Source: an uncultured Anaerolineaceae bacterium
GTDB lineage: Bacteria > Chloroflexota > Anaerolineae > Anaerolineales > E44-bin32
Assembly (NCBI GenBank): GCA_964385355.1
Contig: CAYLOO010000002.1
Coordinates: 30,091-94,090 of the forward strand
Direction of reading: 5' to 3'
Length of the DNA: 64,000 nt
Part shown: piece by piece, positions 35,561 to 45,727 of the stretch
How the letters are laid out: each line of letters opens with the position of its first letter
How positions within the stretch are numbered: the stretch's first letter is position 1
Translations under genes and position numbers: made by a program
The notes under the pieces: model-generated
What the model was told of the DNA's origin: nothing
Seen by the model: the letters and a program-made list of their open reading frames with translations, nothing else
The model's database searches: none

Positions 35561-36721
35561 TTGCTGCTATCTCCGCTGGAATCTGTTTTAGCCCAGACGG
35601 ACGAGATACATGTCGATACATACACCGAGTATAAGTTTGGTTCAACCATCAACTTCAGCGCGCAAATACAATCTACAAGTGAAGTCATTCGTGCGGTAGT
35701 GTTCTTCCGCGATAGCTCATCAGAAGCTACGCGCGTCGTCATTGCTGTCCTTTCAGACGGCTCCACGATCTCGGCGGAAGTAATCGAAGAAGTTCAAGCG
35801 CTCGGGGTCCAACCATTTACTACTATCACTTACTGGTGGCAGATCGACTTCGCAAATGGTGATAACTATCTCACAGACCCTGCATCCTTTATATACGAGG
35901 ATAATCGTTTCGATTGGCAAACACTTGGCAATTCCAACATCACCGTACATTGGATAGAAGGCGATATGGCTCGTGGTCAGGACATCCTAAACCTGGCAAA
36001 TGATTCTATTGTGAAAGTTCAGCGTGATCTCGCGTTGCCAGCCTTGGATCAAGTAGACTTATACATCTACCCTACAGTTGGTCAGCTTCAATCAAGCATA
36101 CGCATGGGTGGCGCCACGTGGATCGGAGGGCATGCCCAACCAGAATTGAGAACCGTGCTCTTGGCCGCGCCAACGGGTGTTGAAGGTCAAATCTCTCTGG
36201 AACGCGATCTCCCCCACGAAATTGTTCACATCCTGCTTTACGAACGCATGGGCGATCAATACCACAACCTTCCTACCTGGCTCAACGAAGGACTTGCCAC
36301 GCTCCAAGAAGGTGTGCCGAATCCCGCATACATCTTCGAATTGGATCGTGCCGCCCGCGAGAATGCGCTTCTTTCAATGCATTCCCTGTGTTCATCTTTC
36401 CCGATTTCCGAGGATGATGCCTTGCTGGCATACGCTCAGAGCGCATCCTTTACACAATATTTGCTTGACATTTATGGGGTTGGCGGCGTGGCACTGCTTC
36501 TAGATGCTTATCAGGAAGGAACAAGCTGTGAAGGCGGCATCCAACGAGTGTATCAACGTCCCATCTCTCAACTAGAAAACGAGTGGAGATGGACATCGCT
36601 CTCGAATCCCAACCTGCTTGATTTCGCCCAGCCTCTTCTGCCATGGCTTCTGCTCGGCCTCTCTGTTCTCGGCGTATTTGCAATCATTTTTCTGCTTAGC
36701 CGCAGACAACGCAAGGGATAA
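35561..36721 (+). CDS. Peptidase MA-like zinc metalloprotease with a C-terminal TM anchor
   Basis: HEIVHILLYE (HExxH) plus WLNEGLATLQE, and a C-terminal hydrophobic segment. The start is uncertain: signal-peptide-like residues continue upstream of TTG 35561 without an ATG, GTG or TTG. Confidence 0.7.
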   Translation: MLLSPLESVLAQTDEIHVDTYTEYKFGSTINFSAQIQSTSEVIRAVVFFRDSSSEATRVVIAVLSDGSTISAEVIEEVQALGVQPFTTITYWWQIDFANGDNYLTDPASFIYEDNRFDWQTLGNSNITVHWIEGDMARGQDILNLANDSIVKVQRDLALPALDQVDLYIYPTVGQLQSSIRMGGATWIGGHAQPELRTVLLAAPTGVEGQISLERDLPHEIVHILLYERMGDQYHNLPTWLNEGLATLQEGVPNPAYIFELDRAARENALLSMHSLCSSFPISEDDALLAYAQSASFTQYLLDIYGVGGVALLLDAYQEGTSCEGGIQRVYQRPISQLENEWRWTSLSNPNLLDFAQPLLPWLLLGLSVLGVFAIIFLLSRRQRKG

Positions 36722-36725
36722 AAAA

Positions 36726-37271
36726 ATGAACAAATTAAAAACACTTGTATTCGATCTTGAGACGAAGAGGCTTGCAGATGAGGTCGGCGGTTGGAACCAC
36801 ATCGATAAGATGGGCCTCTCTGCTGGCGTAACCTACCACGTAGAAGAGGGAAGCTGGTCCTTATTCAAAGAGGATGAAGCTGGTTCTCTCCTTGATGTAC
36901 TTGCTTCCGCATCCAAAGTCGTCGGCTTCAACCTAATCCGCTTTGACTACACAGTTCTTAAACCCTATGGGCTTTCAGTCGATCGGTCCCTGATAGAGAA
37001 GACAGCCGACTTGCTTGCAGATATCTCGCTAACACTTGGATTTCGAGTTGGGTTAGATCACCTTGCAGAAGCAACGCTGGGTGAAAGCAAGTCCGCGGAT
37101 GGTCTTGCCGCGGTTGAATGGTACAAGAAAGGTGAGATTGACAAGGTTTTAGCGTATTGCAAACAGGATGTTTGGGTTACATACCGCCTATGGGGATATG
37201 GTTGCGACCACGGCCATATCTTCCGGCGTGATCTAAGCGGCAGTAAGAAGAAGATCCCGGTGTCCTGGTGA
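36726..37271 (+). CDS. RNase H-like / DEDD-type 3'-5' exonuclease-fold protein
   Basis: LVFDLETKRL (DxE), NLIRFDY, and a C-terminal YCKQDV. The start was moved to ATG 36726. The track ORF starts at 36618, inside the upstream gene. Confidence 0.65.
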   Translation: MNKLKTLVFDLETKRLADEVGGWNHIDKMGLSAGVTYHVEEGSWSLFKEDEAGSLLDVLASASKVVGFNLIRFDYTVLKPYGLSVDRSLIEKTADLLADISLTLGFRVGLDHLAEATLGESKSADGLAAVEWYKKGEIDKVLAYCKQDVWVTYRLWGYGCDHGHIFRRDLSGSKKKIPVSW

Positions 37272-37288
37272 AACCTGCCGTGTTCGTC

Positions 37289-38914
37289 TTATATTGCCCT
37301 TTTACCGATTAGCTCCGCGAAATCCCTCCCGTCTGAACTTTCTGAACGCCACACAATCGCATCATGGCCTCGATTAGCAGATAACGTGAAAGCAAATGCT
37401 GCAGCAATACCAGGCTGGGATCGAACCATCCGATAGAACTCTAAATATTGGCGAGCCTTCGTATGGTCCGCTACGCCCTTGATGGGGTTGCAGAATTCAG
37501 TAATAATGAGTATCTTATCCGGGAATTTATCCCGATAGTCCTCGAATACACGCCCCTTATTGCGAGCCCTTAGAGAAGCTGAATCCGTCCAATAGCAATT
37601 CACGCCTACCCAATCAGCCTTCTGGACAGCGCCCTCCGCCTCATTAAGGAAATGAGCATCATCTGCCCTCCAGCCTGGTACAAGTCCGCCTTGAGATAAA
37701 CCGGGGAAACCGATCTTTGCATCGGGGAAGCGTGTCTTGACCAAGTGGGCTACTTTGTTAAACCACTGTGAGAACTCGAACCCATCACGCCACGAACGCC
37801 GCCAACCTGAGTTTTGCAGGTTCGGATTACTGTGGAGTTCGAAGTATCTGATCCCGGATCGATATAGACGTCCTAAATTGTTTTCAATCGATGCGAAATA
37901 TCTTTCTGCAGAGATTGCCTCGCTAGAAAATTCTCCCGTCACACGTACAACGATAAACATGTCCGCCTTCAGCGCTCGAAGGCGCTCGATCGTGTCGATC
38001 CTTTCGTCAAGCTCCAGCTTGACAGCTTCTAACCTCGCCAATCGTATAAGGTCGAGATCTTCGTCATGCAATGGCTCCCCCACCCTTGCGTGAGCACCGA
38101 CAAGGCATTCTTCATGATTTAAGCGGGAGGCATCGAACGATTTCTTCTTCGCTGGCCAAATAAGAAACGGCGTGGGATCGATGATATCCTTTGGGAAATT
38201 TGTTTCCCCGCGGTCGGTCGCTCCATCTCTTTTCAGCGTCAGGTGCAGATGCGAGCCTGTGGATGCTCCAGTAGAGTTTGCTTTCCCAAGTAGCTCGCCA
38301 GCCTTCAACTCCTGTCCCTCGCGTACCAATGGTCGCGCAAGATGCCCGTAAACGGTTTTATATCCATCCTTATGTCGAACGCGGACATGTTTCCCGTAAG
38401 CATGCACCCTTGGGTCTGGGTTATTATGAACCCGATAAACAACGCCGTCTGCGCAGCAGTAGATATTGGTGTTATTCAAAGCGCGGATATCTACGCCCTC
38501 ATGGCCTGGCATGCCAAAACGGCTATATATCTGTGGATTTGCTGCATATTCTTGAGTGATAAATGAGTAATCAGTGGGCCAAACCAAGTAGAAAGACTTG
38601 CGTTTTTGCCCGTAGCGATCCGAATCTGCGATTCGCTGTGCGAATTCCTCCTCCAGCCCTTTAGCGGTTTCCGTGGAAATCGGGTCAAGGCGAACGCCAG
38701 GGTGCTGCGTATAAAACCATTCATCAAGTTGGCTATATTCAGGATATCCGCCTGGCACAATAGGGTAAGTAATCACCTGAGCGGGCGCCATGTATTGCGC
38801 CGCAGTTTGAGGATCTTTTGTCAGGTTGGGCCCATACTGCAGAACATATTCAGAACATGAGCGCACCCATGTCCAGTAATTCTCGCGCGGGAGCAAGATC
38901 ACTTGGTGATGCAT
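37289..38914 (-). CDS. M23 (LytM) peptidase domain fused to a TIM-barrel glycoside-hydrolase-like C-terminal domain
   Basis: HEGVDI...GSHLHLTL are the M23 zinc motifs. The C-terminus YFELHSNPN...NCYW...ITEFCNP is clan GH-A-like. No signal peptide is seen. Confidence 0.7.
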   Translation of the reverse strand: MHHQVILLPRENYWTWVRSCSEYVLQYGPNLTKDPQTAAQYMAPAQVITYPIVPGGYPEYSQLDEWFYTQHPGVRLDPISTETAKGLEEEFAQRIADSDRYGQKRKSFYLVWPTDYSFITQEYAANPQIYSRFGMPGHEGVDIRALNNTNIYCCADGVVYRVHNNPDPRVHAYGKHVRVRHKDGYKTVYGHLARPLVREGQELKAGELLGKANSTGASTGSHLHLTLKRDGATDRGETNFPKDIIDPTPFLIWPAKKKSFDASRLNHEECLVGAHARVGEPLHDEDLDLIRLARLEAVKLELDERIDTIERLRALKADMFIVVRVTGEFSSEAISAERYFASIENNLGRLYRSGIRYFELHSNPNLQNSGWRRSWRDGFEFSQWFNKVAHLVKTRFPDAKIGFPGLSQGGLVPGWRADDAHFLNEAEGAVQKADWVGVNCYWTDSASLRARNKGRVFEDYRDKFPDKILIITEFCNPIKGVADHTKARQYLEFYRMVRSQPGIAAAFAFTLSANRGHDAIVWRSESSDGRDFAELIGKRAI

Positions 38915-38915
38915 A

Positions 38916-39620
38916 TCAGTTATTAAACCCCATGCCTTTTGATTTAAGAGAAACGAAACGGTTTTTTCCGATTAAGAGATGATCAAGCACCTCAATGTCG
39001 AGAAGTTTTCCGGCACCCACAATTGCCCGGGTTACGGCTACATTTTCAAGACTGGGTGTTGGGTCACCACTCGGATGATTATGCGCAACGATGATTGCCG
39101 CTGCATTGCGCCGTACTGCTTCCCGGAAGACCTCACCAACTCTGATGACTGAACTGTTGAGCGATCCTCGATATACATCTACAACCTTAATGACATGATT
39201 TCGTGTGTCTAACAGCAGCACGCGTAAGTGTTCTTGTTCTAATGCACCCATTTCATAGAGAACGACATTGGCAGCATCTTGCGGTGACTGAATACGCGGT
39301 TTGTCTTCTTGGTTCACAGTCGCAGGTCTACGCCCTAACTCAACCGCTGCTTGTATTTGAGTGGCCTTTGCGAATACGATTCCCCGTTTACTCTCAAGTT
39401 CAGGGAGCGAGATTCGATGTAGTCCGGCAAGGCCTCCGACTTCCATCAATAGTGTCTGCGCTAACTGAACAGCGTTCATCCCTTTGATACCTGTTCTAAG
39501 CATGATGGCCAGCAACTCTGCGTTGGTCAGCGCTCCCGGACCTAAAGCAGCGAGCCGTTCACGTGGCCGATCGCCAGAGTCAAGGTCCATAATCCGGTAA
39601 CCCAACTGTTTATCCCCCAT
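38916..39620 (-). CDS. radC: RadC-like JAB domain protein (UPF0758)
   Basis: N-terminal HhH-like region [14 protein letters not shown] and the JAMM motif [13 protein letters not shown]. Confidence 0.9.
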   Translation of the reverse strand: MGDKQLGYRIMDLDSGDRPRERLAALGPGALTNAELLAIMLRTGIKGMNAVQLAQTLLMEVGGLAGLHRISLPELESKRGIVFAKATQIQAAVELGRRPATVNQEDKPRIQSPQDAANVVLYEMGALEQEHLRVLLLDTRNHVIKVVDVYRGSLNSSVIRVGEVFREAVRRNAAAIIVAHNHPSGDPTPSLENVAVTRAIVGAGKLLDIEVLDHLLIGKNRFVSLKSKGMGFNN

Positions 39621-39742
39621 ATCACACCCCCATTCTGTGCAAATTGCGTGCCGCAGCCGATGACAGCGACTATACTTCAGTGGAATATCGCTGTATCGCT
39701 GTCAAAGTGGCCCGGAATTTGCATCGTCATAAGTGAACTGCA

Positions 39743-39751
39743 TGCTATAAT
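39743..39751 (+). promoter_or_regulatory. Extended -10 element TGCTATAAT
   Basis: Read directly. AGGAG and ATG 39772 follow within 20 nt. Confidence 0.5.
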
Positions 39752-39771
39752 GCCGCTCGTCAGGAGTGCCT

Positions 39772-40263
39772 ATGCTTGATCTTTTCGGAATCGCCTCCTT
39801 AGGAAAATTCTTTACCTATCTCACAGCTTTTTTTGGCGCCTTCTTGGCCGCTTTGTGGCTGAGCCTGATTTTTTGGACACTCAGAGATATCCGCTCCAGG
39901 TCTCACGATAAACTTGTGCACATTCTCACAGTGCTCCTGGTTGCCCTCTTGAACTTAGCTGGACTAATCATCTATCTCATACTTCGCCCATCCCTTACGC
40001 TCACAGAGGAATACCAACTCACGCTTGAAGAAGAAGCACTCCTTTCGCAAGTTGAGGAACGGATGTTATGCCCAGGATGCGGAAGTCATACAGAAGATAA
40101 TTGGCAGGTTTGCGCTCATTGCCATACCCGTCTCCGAAAGGTTTGCCGGCAGTGTGGCCAGCTTCTGCAGCTTCCATGGCAAATTTGTCCGCACTGCACA
40201 GCACCTATACCAGATGCCCATTCCGAAGCTCAACCAGCAGAGAATCCACCAATTACAGGCTAG
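39772..40263 (+). CDS. Membrane protein with a PLD-nuclease-N-like TM region and a double zinc ribbon
   Basis: WTLRDIRSR...LAGLIIYLILRP, then CPGCG...CAHC...CRQCG...CPHC. ATG 39772 is preferred (AGGAG 5 nt upstream). The track starts at GTG 39766. Confidence 0.7.
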   Translation: MLDLFGIASLGKFFTYLTAFFGAFLAALWLSLIFWTLRDIRSRSHDKLVHILTVLLVALLNLAGLIIYLILRPSLTLTEEYQLTLEEEALLSQVEERMLCPGCGSHTEDNWQVCAHCHTRLRKVCRQCGQLLQLPWQICPHCTAPIPDAHSEAQPAENPPITG

Positions 40264-40291
40264 CACTCGAACCTGTTTCTCTGGTAATTAA

Positions 40292-40330
40292 AAGAAACTG
40301 CCGAATCGTATTCGCCAGTTTCTTCTTTTT
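40292..40330. terminator. Bidirectional intrinsic terminator between convergent genes
   Basis: Stems AAGAAACTG-c-CGAAT and ATTCG-c-CAGTTTCTT around a cgt loop (14 bp, one C.C mismatch), flanked by A-rich and T-rich runs. Confidence 0.85.
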
Positions 40331-40357
40331 AGATTGTCATCTTGATATTGTGCGCTA

Positions 40358-41689
<1,332 letters not shown>

Positions 41690-41747
41690 TTATAAACCTT
41701 ATCCCTCTATTCGGGATCACTTTATGACCTCCTTTACAAAATCCTCA

Positions 41748-41756
41748 TGATAGAAT
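41748..41756 (+). promoter_or_regulatory. Extended -10 element TGATAGAAT, 6 nt before the mnmA ATG
   Basis: Read directly. No Shine-Dalgarno is possible in the 6-nt gap. Confidence 0.55.
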
Positions 41757-41762
41757 CTACCC

Positions 41763-42833
41763 ATGATTCCAAAAAACAAGACCATTGCCATAGCAATGAG
41801 CGGCGGTGTCGATAGCTCGGTTGCGGCTGCCCTTCTTGTTAAGCAAGGTTTCAATGTCTTCGGCGTAATGCTTCGCCTTTGGTCTGCCGGACCCGAGTCA
41901 AACAACCGTTGTTGCTCACCGGAAGATGTCTCACTTGCCGGGCAAGTGGCAAGTCAGCTCGATATACCCTTCCACACACTGGATGTTAAAGACACATTCA
42001 AACAGGAGATCGTCGATCCCTTTATTGATGGCTATGCGAAGGGAAGAACCCCGAACCCCTGCATGCGTTGTAATCGAATAATTCGCTGGGGTTCCCTTCT
42101 AGGAAGCGTCCTCACAATGGGCGCAAGTCTCCTCGCAACAGGTCATTACGCACGGATACGCCATATAGAAGATCGCTATCATTTATTCCGAGCGAAGGAT
42201 AAAAACAAGGATCAAACCTACGTTCTCAGCGTCCTGCAACAACATCAACTTGCGCGCACAATATTCCCCCTGGGCGATATCTCTAAAAATCAAGTTCGTG
42301 AACAAGCTGCAAAACTCAATCTTCCGATCGCCGACCGGGCTGAGAGCCAGGACCTATGCTTTGTAGGTGATAAGGATTATCGAGATTTCCTCACCGACCA
42401 GGGAATTCAGTTATCCCCCCCCGGCCCCATTCTCGACGAGAAGGGTGAAATTCTCGGTCAGCACTCTGGTTTAGCAAATTACACAATCGGGCAGCGCAAA
42501 GGCATCGGAGTTTCGAAATCTTTTCCACTCTATGTAATAAACAAGAAAATACAGGATAATGTCCTCGTCGTGGGTCCCAAGGACAGGCTCGGCCGCACGA
42601 GCTTCAATATTGGACAGGCAAATTGGATTTCTGGATCTCCACCTACAGGCGGCAGCCCCATCCTTGTACGAGTGCGATATAAAGCAGAGGAAGTCGGTGC
42701 TACCCTTCGTGCCCTTGATCATGCTCATGCCGAAATCCAACTTCTTAAGTCGCTCCCTGACGTAACTCCCGGGCAGTACGCAGTGTTTTACGAGGGGGAG
42801 GAATGCTTAGGAGGAGGGATAATCCTTCCGTGA
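41763..42833 (+). CDS. mnmA: tRNA-specific 2-thiouridylase MnmA
   Basis: PP-loop IAIAMSGGVDSSVAAALL, the catalytic Cys region NPCMRCN, and QDLCF. Confidence 0.93.
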   Translation: MIPKNKTIAIAMSGGVDSSVAAALLVKQGFNVFGVMLRLWSAGPESNNRCCSPEDVSLAGQVASQLDIPFHTLDVKDTFKQEIVDPFIDGYAKGRTPNPCMRCNRIIRWGSLLGSVLTMGASLLATGHYARIRHIEDRYHLFRAKDKNKDQTYVLSVLQQHQLARTIFPLGDISKNQVREQAAKLNLPIADRAESQDLCFVGDKDYRDFLTDQGIQLSPPGPILDEKGEILGQHSGLANYTIGQRKGIGVSKSFPLYVINKKIQDNVLVVGPKDRLGRTSFNIGQANWISGSPPTGGSPILVRVRYKAEEVGATLRALDHAHAEIQLLKSLPDVTPGQYAVFYEGEECLGGGIILP

Positions 42834-43120
42834 CTCTTCATGGCTTTGTCCTGGGTTTGACCATCGCATCATCTTGCGCCTTCCTTTTCCACATCCTTCG
42901 CGGCGGCACCCTCAAACGTCTCGCAATCTATATGCTCTCTGCGTGGATCGGTTTTTTTTCGGGTCACATTCTTAGCGAACTAATTAATTGGCAATTGCTA
43001 AGGTTCGGCTCGATTAATCTGTTCCCTGCGCTTCTAGGAGCGATCCTGAGCCTTGTTCTAACCGCGGTCTTGGTCCAACCTAATTCCCGCTCACAAAAGA
43101 AATCCCGCCGCCGGCGTTAG
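42830..43120 (+). CDS. Small membrane protein, unknown function
   Basis: Three hydrophobic segments and a basic tail. GTG 42830 (GTGA overlap with the mnmA stop, GGAGGAGGG 10 nt upstream) is preferred over track start 42803. Confidence 0.55.
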   Translation: MTLHGFVLGLTIASSCAFLFHILRGGTLKRLAIYMLSAWIGFFSGHILSELINWQLLRFGSINLFPALLGAILSLVLTAVLVQPNSRSQKKSRRRR

Positions 43121-43144
43121 ACACATTTTCAGCAATTTTGCATG

Positions 43145-43153
43145 TGTTATAAT
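43145..43153 (+). promoter_or_regulatory. Extended -10 element TGTTATAAT, 8 nt before ATG 43162
   Basis: Read directly. No Shine-Dalgarno in the gap. Confidence 0.55.
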
Positions 43154-43161
43154 CGACATCA

Positions 43162-43617
43162 ATGACCGAAAAAGCTACGCTCACCCCACCTGATAACACC
43201 TCTGCGCCCGTTGAGGCCGCCCCCTCGGGCAATAAGATTCCCACGATATGGATCGTACTGGGAGTGGTGTTTTTTCTCTTTCTTATTGCATTAATAATCG
43301 TTGCTGTGAACGCAATGGTCAAAAACCCCGCACAAACTGAAACCTTGCGCGACATTATGATAATTTTTATGGCCTTCGAATCAATAATTATCGGCCTAGC
43401 ACTTGTTATCTTGCTTGTTCAGTTAGCCCGTCTGACGAACCTCCTTCAATACGAGATCAGGCCGATACTCGAAGCCACAAATGAGACAGTCGGTTCGTTG
43501 CGTGGAACTACCAAATTTCTCAGCGATAACCTTGTAACACCTGTTGTCAAAGCGAACAGCTCATTCGCGGCGCTAAGACGCGCGATCGAGTTATTCGACT
43601 TTCGCCGCACTAAGTAA
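43162..43617 (+). CDS. DUF948-like membrane-anchored protein
   Basis: Single N-terminal TM followed by a helical region. It is paired with a YtxH-like gene, as in many genomes. The family call is tentative. Confidence 0.6.
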   Translation: MTEKATLTPPDNTSAPVEAAPSGNKIPTIWIVLGVVFFLFLIALIIVAVNAMVKNPAQTETLRDIMIIFMAFESIIIGLALVILLVQLARLTNLLQYEIRPILEATNETVGSLRGTTKFLSDNLVTPVVKANSSFAALRRAIELFDFRRTK

Positions 43618-43653
43618 GTTTGTTCTAATACATTAACCAAAGGAGAACGGATT

Positions 43654-43998
43654 ATGTCGGATAACAACAGTGATTTCGGCGCCTTCATCTCAGGCTTTTT
43701 AATTGGCGGTCTGGTCGGTGCGGCTGTCTCTTTGCTCTTCGCCCCGCAGTCGGGAGAGGAGACCCGAACCCTAATCTATGACAAGGGTATTGAGTTAAAG
43801 GATCAGGCTGAAGGCGTCATTGATGATACGCGTGCTCGCGCGGAAGACCTCGCCAAGGAAGCAAAATCCATAGCCGAGGATCTTCAGAAACGAGGCAAGA
43901 GTATCGTTGAAGAACAGAAGAAGAAGTCCACTAAAGCAGTTGATCCTGAGAAGAAAACCGCTACCCCCAAGAAGAAAGACGATTCAGCGAAAAAGTAA
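43654..43998 (+). CDS. YtxH-like general stress protein
   Basis: GFLIGGLVGAAVSLLFAPQSGEETR is the YtxH signature, followed by a charged helical tail. Confidence 0.8.
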   Translation: MSDNNSDFGAFISGFLIGGLVGAAVSLLFAPQSGEETRTLIYDKGIELKDQAEGVIDDTRARAEDLAKEAKSIAEDLQKRGKSIVEEQKKKSTKAVDPEKKTATPKKKDDSAKK

Positions 43999-44021
43999 CT
44001 TAATCTTTTTCTCTGTACATC

Positions 44022-44057
44022 AATGGGACACCTCAATGGGGCGTCCCATTTATTGTT
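44022..44057 (+). terminator. Probable intrinsic terminator after the YtxH-like gene
   Basis: AATGGGAC...GTCCCATT stem (8 bp) followed by TATTGTT. The loop is rather large. Confidence 0.55.
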
Positions 44058-44090
44058 CTACCTTCATTCGAAATCATCGTGGGCGAAAAA

Positions 44091-45710
44091 TTAACCGCGC
44101 TCCAATTCACTTATAGCAGCAGGAATAAGCTCCGCAACATCACCTGCTATCACTCCGGCTGCAGTACCCATCATTCCTGCCGCTATCTCACCTGCCCATC
44201 CATGAAGAAAGCAACCTAATATCGCGGCCTGATATGGGTGTAAGCCTTGCGCAAGCAGAGATGCAATCGCGCCCGACAATACGTCTCCAGTTCCCGCACG
44301 CGCTAACGCAGGTGTTGCGAAAGGCAAAATCGTTGCTTGTCCTGTTGGAGAGGCGACGATGGTAAATGCCCCCTTCAAGACGACCACATGCCCCCATTTA
44401 TTCGCCCAATCCAAGGCAGTTTGTTCTCGGTCTGCTTGGATTTCTGTTACGGTTAGCCCTGTCAACACCGACATCTCGCCCGGGTGAGGTGTGAGGATCG
44501 ATTGCCCAGGCAAATGCCCATGCCATTCCGGTATTTCTGCGAGCAGCTTCAAAGCATCAGCATCAATAACAATAGGAGGCAGAACCATCATCTCATCGCT
44601 GCCTTCGTGACGAATGAACCCCATTCCTTGCTTTGCGGCCGCCGAAGGATTTATCAGCCGTTTCATAAAGGTTAGCGTTGGTCGTTCTTGTCCAAAACCA
44701 GGGCCCAGCAAAAGGGCCTGGCAATGAGGAAGCTCTTCAAGGATGACGTCCGCTGCAGGACCGGCAATGACTCCAACCTCATGCGGTAAGACAAGCCACG
44801 TCGCTTCTGGAATCATTGGGACCAAAAATCCCTGAATTGGCTCTGGAACGGCTAGAGTAACCAGGCCTGCGCCCGATCGATATGCCCCTTTTGCGGATAA
44901 CGATGCAGCGCCAGGGAAATTAACCGACCCGGCAACGATCATCACTCGTCCAAAAGTACCCTTGTGAGCGTCCCGCGTCCTTTCCGGCAACCATGCCCGA
45001 ACACCCTCACGCGTGGCGAAGTCAAGTTCTATTGTTGCCATTTCTTTCAGTGAAGGGGGTATCCCGATATCCCCAACCACGATTTCGCCAACATATTCTG
45101 CTCCAGGAAAACGCAGGAGTCCTGGCTTGGCGGCAGCGAGCGTTACAGTTAAATCAGCGAACAGGCTCTCTTCTGCAATTTCGCCCGTATCACAATCTAA
45201 GCCCGACGGGCAATCTACCGCAACAATGTAGGGTGCTGAAACACGCTCTTGAAGCACTTTATTAACGATTGCCAGTATTTTCTTTGAATCACCTTTAATA
45301 GGAGGTTTGAAGCCAGTCCCAAAAACAGAGTCTACAAGTAGATCTGCAGAAATAACTAAATCTCTCAGCGCTTTATGCCGCGTGTCCTTATTTGCATCGG
45401 TAACCGGACATCCATGCTGGATAATGCGCTGAAGGTTCTCATCCTCTTCAGTCCGCTCTCTAGTGAGATAGACCGATACCTTCGCTCCCGCCTCTTGTAG
45501 ATAATGTCCAACAACGAGCCCATCTCCACCGTTGTTTCCTGGTCCAGCCAGAATAGCGACGCTCCATCTTTCTGCTTCCGGCCAATACTCAAGAATCGCA
45601 GTAGCGATAGATTTGCCTGCGTTTTCCATCATCTTCTCGTACGTCAGCCCAGATGCATCAGTCGCCTGCTCAATCGCATGCATTTGCTCAACCGTAGCAA
45701 CTTTCTTCAA
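44091..45710 (-). CDS. nnr: Bifunctional NAD(P)H-hydrate repair enzyme Nnr (epimerase plus ADP-dependent dehydratase)
   Basis: YjeF N-terminal domain (GPGNNGGDGLV) and a C-terminal carbohydrate-kinase domain (GAGDVLSG). Confidence 0.9.
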   Translation of the reverse strand: MKKVATVEQMHAIEQATDASGLTYEKMMENAGKSIATAILEYWPEAERWSVAILAGPGNNGGDGLVVGHYLQEAGAKVSVYLTRERTEEDENLQRIIQHGCPVTDANKDTRHKALRDLVISADLLVDSVFGTGFKPPIKGDSKKILAIVNKVLQERVSAPYIVAVDCPSGLDCDTGEIAEESLFADLTVTLAAAKPGLLRFPGAEYVGEIVVGDIGIPPSLKEMATIELDFATREGVRAWLPERTRDAHKGTFGRVMIVAGSVNFPGAASLSAKGAYRSGAGLVTLAVPEPIQGFLVPMIPEATWLVLPHEVGVIAGPAADVILEELPHCQALLLGPGFGQERPTLTFMKRLINPSAAAKQGMGFIRHEGSDEMMVLPPIVIDADALKLLAEIPEWHGHLPGQSILTPHPGEMSVLTGLTVTEIQADREQTALDWANKWGHVVVLKGAFTIVASPTGQATILPFATPALARAGTGDVLSGAIASLLAQGLHPYQAAILGCFLHGWAGEIAAGMMGTAAGVIAGDVAELIPAAISELERG

Positions 45711-45727
45711 TGGCCTACCTCCTTCCC

